Shown: in pieces, positions 54,690 to 64,000 of the stretch | Numbering within the stretch: position 1 is the first letter of the stretch | Layout of the letters: each line of letters begins with the position of its first letter | From: Lama guanicoe | Taxonomy: Eukaryota | NCBI GenBank assembly: GCA_013239625.1 | Contig: MU056000.1 | Span: 14,285,787 to 14,349,786 of the forward strand | Length of the DNA stretch: 64,000 nt | Direction: 5' to 3' | Position numbers and translations under genes: made by a program | Notes under the pieces: generated by a model | Told to the model about the DNA's origin: nothing | Databases searched by the model: none | What the model saw: the letters and a program-made list of their open reading frames with translations, nothing else

Positions 54690-54959
54690 TCCCCGTTGTC
54701 AAAATACTGATTGGAATCTTCCCAATTATTTTCCTAAATCTTTCCCTCAAATAAGTGAGCTTATCCCTGGCCTCCTTGGCTTTAGGCTCCATCTCCTCTA
54801 GAACCACACCTGGATCCTGCCTGCCTGGATTCTCCCAGCAGTGTCTCCCAAGGACATATCTCTGGGGGAACTCCCTTTGCTTCCTTCTGTTATTGGCTTT
54901 TATAAATCTCTGTGCTCCTGGAATTATCATCCTTATCATGCAGCACAATCTTTAGGTGA

Positions 54960-55115
54960 TAATCTAGTGGTTTCTACATTGGTGGTCTCAGACTGGCAGG
55001 GTTAAAAGCCACTCACTAGATTTCAAACCTCGGGGAATTTATTCAAACTCTCTATGCCTCAGTTTCCTAATTATAAAGGGAATTGACAATTTCCTCAAAT
55101 GCATTTAATGAGAAA
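54960..55115 (+). mobile_element. MIR, left part (right part about 56449-56525)
   Basis: 'ctctctatgcctcagtttcct...ataaaggg'; tail 'cttagaaaagtatctagcacttagtaag...gttagctgttat' resumes after 56449. Confidence 0.7.
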
Positions 55116-55117
55116 TA

Positions 55118-55318
55118 CAGTTGACCTTTGAACAACATGGGCTTGAGCTGCACAGGTCTACTTGTACCTGGATGTTTTTCAGTAAATATTACAGTACTAC
55201 ACAATCGATGGTTGGCTTAATCCACGAATGCAGAATCCCAGATAAGGACGGCCAACTGTAAAACTTGAGCATCCTCAGATTCTGATATCTGTGACTGGTC
55301 CTAGAACCAATCCCCTGC
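55118..55318. mobile_element. TcMar-Tigger MITE, left part (right end 56427-56446)
   Basis: TA|CAGTTGACCTTTGAACAAC start; MER2/Tigger3-like 'cttgagcatcc...tcctagaaccaatcccc'; ends 'gatactgagagacaactg|TA'. Confidence 0.8.
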
Positions 55319-56426
55319 TGAAGAAACCAAGCAGAACCCTGTGTCCGCCCCCACCCCCCAAGTACAGAGGCCCCTCCATGTTCCCTGCCTCTTATTTGCA
55401 AAAAACCTGGTGTCTCCCAGGCCTCCCTGAGTCACAAAAAAGCATGCTCAAGCAGTCAGTGACTAGGACAACAGAGTCACAGACTCAGTCTGATGCATAT
55501 TCCTCAGTTGTTTTACAGGTACTATAACTGCCACCAGAGGGAAAAAGCCAAGTGCATGATGGCCAGACTGCAGCCATGACATAAGCTGCTCCATCTTGAG
55601 CAGGACTGAGGCTATGGCCAGCACAATGCCAAAAACAAGCCTCAAGAGAACAGGATTGACATTACTGATCATAATAATCTATATCTTTATGGAGATCAAA
55701 ATAATTGTAGCTTACTCTGCCCATATTTGTAAGTGGGCAACTGAAGTTGTCAGCAAAGAAATGCTACAGACCCATGACAACATCTTCCACTCTGAGAATA
55801 TGATGCCTATTATCAGCATAAAGAAGTTACAGAAGATGAACCCTCACCCCCTAATCCCACAGAAATGGAATGATATCTGGCAAGTGAGGATTTGCAAGCA
55901 GTTATTTTGCCTCATTTCTGTTTGTCTATTTCTCTTCCCCTTAAACCTTAATTATAAAAATGAAATCACTAGGTAACATTTAACCTAACTCCTGACTCAC
56001 GCTCTACTAAATGCACACAATACCTTGCTTAACTTCTTAGTTCATTCCCTAGACTGAAAGAAATAGGAATGAAGAATTAAAGCATGACTAATTCTCTACC
56101 CTCAGAACGCCTCTCCGCAATCTTGCAGGCAGACCACGTGGGCGAGATAATGCCTTAAGACATCGTGAGGAGTCAGCCAGCCTGCACACAATGGAAAATG
56201 ACACAGAGCTTGACCTCCTGCCTTGATGATTCACTGAGATTCTTCCCTCCTTTTCTGTCCAAAAAGTCCTTGCTGAGCAGAATCTTTGGAGTGGACCTTG
56301 GGGCGTGAGTTCGCCTTCTCCCCAGATTGCCAGCTTTCTGATTAAAGCAACTTTCCTTTCTACCGACACTTTCCTCTCAAGTATGGGCTTTTGAATGGCA
56401 AGCAGCCAACCCTGAGTTTGGCTACA
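55319..56426 (+). mobile_element. ERV1-class composite: LTR-like 5' part, env-end-like remnant, LTR (about 55893-56426)
   Basis: TG...CA ends, near-TSD CTGC/CTGA, interrupts the Tigger MITE cleanly; ATTAAA at 56341; hydrophobic TM-like peptide in ORF 55596-55976. Confidence 0.65.
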
Positions 56427-56544
56427 CTGATACTGAGAGACAACTGTAAATTACAATACACCATGTTGATTACTTAGAAAAGTATCTAGCACTTAGTAAG
56501 TTGTGAGCAAGCGTTAGCTGTTATGACTCATCAAATCTTCCATC

Positions 56545-56675
56545 CACCTCCACAGACTATTACTTTCATGAAGGGGGAAGGGAGGTTTGCTGTGCTCAGG
56601 CCTGTAGCCCTGATGCCCTGTATGGGGCTCCTATACACTATGTGTCCAATATATACTGTTGAACTGAATAATGAC
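56545..56675 (+). mobile_element. L2 3' end
   Basis: 'ctttcatgaagggg...ctgtagccctgatgcc...aatatatactgttgaactgaat'. Confidence 0.55.
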
Positions 56676-57439
56676 CCAGGCGTAGGGCAATCTGGCTCTT
56701 TATGTTTAGAATGAGAATAGTAACTGGAACCAGTTCCAAAAACAACACAATAACAAAGAAAGAGTTTAGGAGTGCAGGTTAGAAGTAAACATCCCTTGAC
56801 TAGAAAGAATTGCTACTGAGAAATGCCCTGGGGGAGAGACATAGTCATTATATAGAAAAGATCCCCTTTTATTTGCATCTCAGCTCCAGCAGGCACATTG
56901 GGAAGAACAGCCAAGACTTGAGTATAAAAAAGATCTAAATTGATAAAGGCTTTACATTTAAACAGTAGACCTAAATGTCGACACTATACAGCCAAAAACA
57001 GTAGAACACTGCCCGTGCTGAACTGGCTGCCAGGCTTGGCAAATACCTACTCAACACGTGCCTTTCATCCAGACCCTCTCAAGCCAGGTCCCACCACTAA
57101 GCCTGTATACCGCTTTTGAAGGCTAGGATGGAAAGGCTTTTTGAGTTTCTTTTTTTATTTCTTAGTATGATAATAGAGGAGGCAGTTATCTTAGTGCTTT
57201 TTTGTTTTGTTTTGTTTTTGTAAAAACAAAAAGATTGTTTTCTTGAAGACTTAATTATTCACCTCCTGCTTTTGCTCCTTTCCCACTTCAAAGGGCTTTC
57301 TGAATAATAAAGAATTTTTTTTAGATTGAAAAAAGAAAGACTTTTGGGTTTTTTTAGACACTTAGAAATGCAAAATTGATAAAGTCACCCGAAACTAGAC
57401 ACTTGTATTAGAAGGTGAAGCCACCTTTTGTTTTGTTTC

Positions 57440-58002
57440 TGAGGGAGAGCAGAATTTGTCACCCCAAAAATATGCTTCTTCGGCATATGGATTATCTTAG
57501 GCTGATTATTTTTGAGAAATAACAGACACAGGGAAGCTCTCAAAACCGAATAGAAGCTACACTTTGTAGGAGATATTTACATTTATTTATGAGGGAAATC
57601 TTCCTTTGCAAGGTTTTTCCCTTCCAGAACCAGGAAAAGAAGGATGAATAAACAGTAAAAGTTCTTATCAATAAAGAAAGCAACTGTCTTAAATCCACAT
57701 AAAAACTGTACTCCCCTTTACTGTGCTTTGCCTGATAACCCCCTATAGCTTCCTCCATCACCTACCCTGCCCCTATCCCTGCCCTAAGATCTTTTCTCAC
57801 CTTTAGCTGGAGGTGGTATTCAAAGTAAAGGGTTAGGCTATTTTAGCAAATTATTTTTTCTGGGTCTCTCCCATGTATACAGGAGTTACACGTGTTATTA
57901 ACCTTCTGTTGGTTCTTCTTATGTTAATGTCTTTTTCTTACAGGGAGGATCTCAGACAACAACCCAGAACAGTAGAGGAAAAATTAGTTTTCCTCCCCTA
58001 TA
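57440..58002 (+). mobile_element. ERV1 solo LTR, MER34A-like
   Basis: 'gagcagaatttgtcaccccaaaaatatg...ggcatatggattat...gtagaggaaaaattagttttcctccccta'. Confidence 0.85.
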
Positions 58003-59149
58003 TCTTTTAGTATTATTATATAATGTAGATAATTAGGTTGGAATCATCATTAAGTGAGAGAGAGAGGGGGGGGGGGAGAGATCACCACAAGCATATATGT
58101 TACCTCCCAATCTTTAGACTTTCTCCTTGTGAGGTTGCCATGGACATATCTTTGGGGAAACAAATAATGTATTTTCCAGCACCGAAGCTTAGAAATATGA
58201 GAATTTCTCCTACATGGAACCCATATTTGAATACTTATCTACCAAATTATATGATGTACAAAATTAATGCTTGCTTATTTTTGTTCTTGTTAACCTTGGA
58301 TTAACTATAGACATATGTGCTAGAGTTTCCACTTAACAAAATCTACCAAATGATAGCCACGTGTGCTTTTAACCATTTGCCCTACATTTTAGTAATTATA
58401 CCATTTTAGTTACACTTGAAAATACTAAATGTTTTTTCAAGGATTACTTCAACGACCTTTAGAAATGTGTTTTATGAATGTGAAATATGAGACCAACATC
58501 TTTAGCTAATATTTATATTAATTTCACATGCAAGAAAGTGGTGGAATAATGAAAAATAATCGAGAATCTGCAACATTGAAAATGCATTTGTATTTTTCCT
58601 TATGAAATCTATTTATTCACAGCAAAGCAGAAAGATGTTTACAAAAGTTATCTTCCTTAGAATAAAAGCCTAAATTGCATGCAGATTTGCCTTTTAATTT
58701 TTTTCCAGTACTTTGATGTCTCAAATTAAGAATAAAAGATTCCTATTTTCATTAATTAGCAGCTAACAATTGGGTTATGTCATTAATTTTTTTTTTATCT
58801 CTTTTGGTCATTATTTTCAAGTGCTTAAATACTAGCAAAATGGTTTCAAGCGATAACAATATTTACATTAATTGTGGTTGAAACAATAGTGACAGTTTTC
58901 TTCTCTAATTCCCTCTATTGTATTAAACCATATATACCATCTTCCTTTCTTGAGAAAAGAAACCAGCAAAGTAGAGCTAATTTCTTACTTTTGTACATAA
59001 GATTTTTTTTTTCTCTTCCTTGATTCAAGGAACGCTTGTGCTTTCTGCCTTGAATCAAAAGTTCAGAAGAACTCCTAGCTAATGTATAGACATTTTGTTT
59101 GGAAGCAGGCTCAGTAGAGGAGATTCATCCAACAACATTTTTTTTCTTT

Positions 59150-59545
59150 TATTTGGACGGAATTAGAGATGTTCACCAGCAGTTTCTCTTCTTTAAGAGC
59201 ATAGGGAAATTGCAATCTGCAAGCCACTTTCGCAGTTTGGGTGGGCCTATGTCACTATTATGACCAAATCAATATGGACAGAAGTGATACAAAATTCTTC
59301 TAATCCTGACCCTTAGAATCATTCTGCACATTCTGTATCTATCCAGATGTTGATGGCAAAGAAGTCCAAGATGGGGAAGCTGCTCAATGGAATACGCCTA
59401 TTTGCCTGAGTCACCCCTTGAAGGAAAGCTGTCCTAGAAGATAGGCTTATGTACATCACCCTCCAAGGTGAGAAAGGAATATATTTCAAATAGATTAAAC
59501 CATGGAGATATGGAGATTCATCTCTCTGCAGCTAACTAACTAATA
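59150..59545 (+). mobile_element. MaLR LTR (MLT1J-like)
   Basis: 'gcagtttgggtgggcctatgtcact...cagaagtgat...cctgagtcaccccttgaaggaaagctg'. Confidence 0.7.
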
Positions 59546-59699
59546 AAGCATTTGCTGTATGTCAGCCACTTTTCTAGAAGCTGTACATTTACATATGGCA
59601 AAACAATCAGATAATTACCAGGTATATGGAAATAGCAATGTAATATCTGGCCTGAATTCACTAGTGCCCCTTGCTAAAAAAATGCAGCCATTATAAATA

Positions 59700-59940
59700 C
59701 AGTTAACCTTTGAATAACGTGGGGATTAGGGGCCACAACCCTCCCTGCAGTCGAAAATCTGTGTACAACTTATAGTTGGCCCTCGGTATCCGTAAGTCCT
59801 CCTTATCCATGATCCATGGTTCCACATTCATGGATTCAACCAACTGTGGGTCATGTTGTACTGCAGTATTTACCATTGAAAAAAATCTGTGTATAAGTGG
59901 ACACACATAGTTCAAATCTGTGTTGTTCAAGGGTCAACTA
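59700..59940 (+). mobile_element. Complete MER8-like TcMar-Tigger MITE
   Basis: TIRs CAGTTAACCTTTGAATAAC / GTTGTTCAAGGGTCAACTA; TA on both sides (59698-99, 59941-42); 241 bp. Confidence 0.9.
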
Positions 59941-60399
59941 TAATTAGAAGATTCAAGATCAGTTTCTCTCTATTATCAGAGCAACAGAGATTATAGTTAG
60001 TAGAGAATCGTAGTTATTTCTTACTTTAAAGGAAAAGGTAATTAGTTAGGGTTACATGGATAGTTATTAACTAACAACTGAGTTCTTGCTCTGACAAGGC
60101 AAAAAATTCAAATAGAACTCAGTGTCACAGAAATCACCTTAGTGAAGGAAATAGTTTACAGAAAATTTATACTTGAAACTTTAACTGATGTATAACCTTT
60201 ACTACTTGTTATATTTGCTATAATTTTGACCTAAATATATTTTCTCTTAGGGCATGTTGCTATTCATTGACATGGTAGTGTATTGTCAACACTCATATAA
60301 TTAGCCAAATGTATGAAGAAGTAATACTGCTTTACTGACTAGCTATGATTATAGTAAGTTAGTAAATATGTAAGTATAATTTAATTATATTGTAATAGT

Positions 60400-60950
60400 T
60401 GTCTGGGAGGAAGAAATTTTCCTCTACCCTTCTAGGTTCTTCTGCATGGTCTAAGAACTAAATTGACATGAGAGAGATGAACAGGAGAAAAATCAAACAG
60501 AAGTTTAACAACATTTATACTCAGGAGGACTAAGTAATTCACCAAGACAGCCAGTGCTCTCACCTTAAATACACTCTTCAGCTAAAAAACAAAAGAGGAT
60601 GTCAAGGGATAGTGGTCTAGAACTTCAAAGGGGAGAGAGAGAAATGACATGGAGATGGATAAACAGATGTTTGTGAAACAAATGTTTGCTGCATGCAGGG
60701 ACAATGGGACACACAGTCGACTCATCTCTAGGCTCTGCCAAGTTCTCTCCATCACACATGCCCCAGAATCTTTGCAGGTATCTCTTTTGCTAGCTCTAGT
60801 CCAGGAACAGGCTCCCTGCCTAAATCTTTCCAGGCAGTTAGGGGGAAGATCAAAGTGTCTTTCTGAGTCTTTTGAGCCTCGATTACTTCCAGCTCAAAAT
60901 ACTCTGTATGCCAAAGAGACAGCTTGGGGTGGCAAATTTTACTCTCTTAA
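60400..60950 (-). mobile_element. ERV1 solo LTR, MER34/LTR39 group
   Basis: Ends are reverse complements of MER34-type termini ('gaggaagaaattttcctctaccctt', 'tatgccaaagag...ttggggtggcaaatt'); near-TSD TAGT/AAGT. Confidence 0.8.
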
Positions 60951-62664
60951 AAGTTAATATTAAAAAAAAAAATTCTTCATCATGCAAATTATTTATATTC
61001 TCTCTCTCCCAACACACACATACATGCCTATGTCCTTTGTTGTTGGCTGAAATTTTGATGATATAAAATTATACTTGTGGGAAATTTTCAAACTGAACTG
61101 TGGTTCAGGTACTGCAAATATTATTTTTAGCACAATTTGAAGATTTGCTGCAGGACTGAGAGTCCATTGTGATTAAATTCTCTTTATTGATTTTTTAAAT
61201 CAAAATTCTTATGCAAAGCAGGCTGTGTTGCCTTAAAATAAGACATAATATAGTCATTGGAGACTTGTTTCTTGTTCTTGGAGAACTCGCTTTTTTTGTT
61301 CTTACAGCAAAGGTGAATACAAATGTTTCTAATATGCTAATGATATTTTAACAAATTCTTCATTTTGGTAAATAGTAATATTTTAAAAGATTTTATTTCA
61401 GAATGATCCTGAATTCCCAGTCATTGAAAGAATTATATGCACTCTCCCCAATCTTGTACCCTCTTATTTTCAGCCAACATATTAGTCCTTAGTTTTTCTC
61501 TTTTGTTTTCTATCTTTAAAAAAAAAAAGTGTTTTCTCTTTGCAACTTTATTTAAAGCACTTTGTATTCAAAACATGCAACATTTCTCTCCCCACCCCAA
61601 AACAAAAACAACAAACCATTTCACACTTCTCCTGGCAGAATGATTGCATTCTGATGCCAAGTGTCTGATTTCAGAATTTAGCGGTGATACACAAGGCATG
61701 ACAATAAAGTAATGAGAATGGCTTTAAGAAATGTAGCTCTTGTAGCTCTGATCAAAGTATTTCAATAAAAGGCATTTCAAAAAATGTCATTAGCAATTGC
61801 AACCTCGTGGGTTAGCTAGAAAATAATAAGGTCAGTGCAAAAGCTTTCATGAAGCTTTCCTGTCAAAACAGTAAGAGAAATAAGAACTTATGTAAGACAC
61901 ATCAATAATCACAATATTAATTTCTGAGGGAAATATTTAAGACGGGAGTAGAAGTTGGAGCAGCCGGTCCAGAGAGAAGCTGAGAACATATACAGACAGG
62001 AGATGCAGGAAACAGGGAGACGGTCAATGTAGAACGAGCTTAATGAGAAGAAATTTAGGTAAGAAAGAAACTTTTTAAAGAGAGTTTTCCAAAATTCTTC
62101 TCATATGTTATATATGTATGATATAATCTTGATGTTTTCCCCTAGAAAGGTCTTTAGTTAAGAGCTAAATTATTATTAATGGCTGCTTGGAATTGCATTG
62201 TCTCATTTTGGTTTGTTCCTGCTTGATTTTGTTGATGTTTTACATTGTTTTAGAAGCATCCATGTGTTGTACATCCTCTAAGTGGGGAGACCTTGGCTCC
62301 AGCTATATTCAAGACGGTCAACTAATCCATTATTTGAATCAAGAAGAGTAGAAGTTGTAGCAGCCATTCTGACAAGTAATCTGTTTCTAAAAAATAACCT
62401 TGAGTATTTTTAGAAATAAAGAATATCACCCCAATTTTCACCTCCAGCCCAACAGTATAATAGTCCTAGGGTGGTATTAAACAACCCTTCCTCCGCTGCT
62501 GTCACCCCAACCTGCTATCAAAATATAATTCGAAGAACAAAGAGAAACCACAAGAAGATCATTGCAAAATCCTTGTGCAGTTAGAGGTTTGGACAAAGAT
62601 AAACTCAGAGGAATCTTCTGCTAAAGAGGGTCTTTCTAATGAAAATATATTCTGGGATCATTTA

Positions 62665-63580
62665 AATTCAACATTAAGAATGAAGATGATTATTCAGCAC
62701 CAGCCACTGCTTTCGGTGCTCTGATATGACAGAGAACAAACCAGACCAAGTTCTACACTTATGGAATTTTCTTTCCAATTAGAGAAATTCTAAACAATAA
62801 ACAAATGCAGAAACGAGTATCTTGTAAGTTGCAGGAGGATATGGGTATAAAGGAGTAAGGCACTTGGTAAAGCGTGACAATGGAGTTAGTGGTGGAATTC
62901 AGGGAACTAAAAGGAATGAGGCAGGGAGCCTTGCAGATGTGAAAAACTAATTAAGAGAAACCTCAATTAAATAGAGTTGGGATACCAGAAGGGGAACTCC
63001 CCTACTTTGCTACCATAGCAGAGCCCCACAGGAAGAAGGAAGACTCCTCTTCTTTCCTGGCAAGAACTCAGCTGGTGAAGAACCATGACTCTTTGTTGAC
63101 CGTGGACCTCCCAACTGCCTTGTCCTCTCTGTAAAAGTGGCCCCCTTCCCTGGCGTGTGGCTCACCATGGTGGGAGACCCTGAATTCCAATTTCTTACTG
63201 ATTCTGGATAACTCCATCTTTGCTGGAGAAATATCTGGTGGCCTGTTTATTTCTGGTCAACACAGGCCTGTAGAGTATGGTCAAAGCACACAGAAGTAGC
63301 AACAAGAGGTTGGCAGGTTATGAGAACATGGAGGAATTCAGGGTAGGTGGGGTATAAAGGAAAAAAAGGGGAGACTGATGCAAGGAGAGGAAATTGAGGC
63401 AGTGGATCACACTGACCTGGTATGCCAGGCTCAGGGCTTTCACACTTAGTGACCTTCAGGGTTTTAAAGAGAAGAGTGAACTGAATTGGGTTAACCCTTA
63501 GAAGGATTGTTCTGAGTGCAACAGCTTAGGGGAGGTCAAGTTAGAAGAAGGAGATTCAGTTTTTATAGCTCAATAGATGG
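62665..63580 (-). mobile_element. L2 remnant split by an LTR
   Basis: 'gacagagaacaaaccagaccaagttctacacttatggaattt' on the left; 'cagggttttaaagagaagagtgaactgaatt...agaaggattgttctg' on the right. Confidence 0.65.
62938..63262 (+). mobile_element. Short ERV solo LTR
   Basis: TGTG...CAACA ends, near-TSD CAGA/CAGG, GC-richer than flanks, interrupts the L2. Confidence 0.7.
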
Positions 63581-64000
63581 GAAAACACTTTACATTTTGC
63601 TAATAACAGCATAACTAACCCATTTTAATTTTATCTTTCTAAATTACTTATTTTCTAATATTCCATGAAATTAATGGTTGCTGGAAACTCAGCTGAAAAG
63701 TGACAAAAAAGAAATGATACATTCATTTTGACTTGACAAATGGGAGAAGACAAAATGCTGCCTGCATTTCACTCAAGCCCACAATTGGAAACGGGAATTT
63801 AATGGAGAAAATGAGTTGTTCAGCTACAGATCTGAAAAACCATTTTGGCAGGGAAATCAGCAACTTTTCCAGAAGGAAAGGTAGCTGTGGAACTGTTTAT
63901 AAAAATAGAATAAGAAAAAGAAATATGTTTTAAACACCATTAAATTGGACCTGAAAAATAAAACCTTTTAAACATACTTAGATTTTGCTAAAATCATGTC

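Noticed and set aside
57440..60950. Two MER34-group LTRs as the ends of one provirus
   Set aside because: Opposite orientations, dissimilar interiors, and no gag/pol/env sequence between them.
60649..60957. 102 aa ORF
   Set aside because: Almost entirely within the antisense strand of a solo LTR; no recognisable domain.
1..64000. tRNA, rRNA, snRNA genes, processed pseudogenes or a full CpG island
   Set aside because: None recognised by reading; a covariance-model or BLAST search was not possible.

Overview
AT-rich, CpG-depleted mammalian genomic DNA, intronic or intergenic in character. The young L1 3' end at 47651-47886 and the L1 tails at 10483 and 51491 suggest a cetartiodactyl, probably a camelid; this is recognition from memory, not a database search. 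Much of the window is decayed transposable elements: LINE-1, L2, MIR, MaLR/ERVL and ERV1 solo LTRs (including MER41-like and MER34-like copies) and Tigger MITEs. Nearly all ORFs in the supplied track are chance ORFs or broken L1 ORF2 pieces. No gene could be named. A plausible + strand spliced unit of three small CpG-retaining exons (ending 2260, 6031-6087, starting 18964) joins in frame. The notable points are structural: a MER41-like LTR with altered tandem STAT sites, a MIR>Tigger>ERV nest containing an env-TM-like remnant, a ~70 bp duplication flanking an L1, a 108 bp twin-primed L1 and a probably artefactual N gap. I found no strong evidence for a new biological system. Repeat family names are from recalled consensus sequences and most boundaries are approximate.
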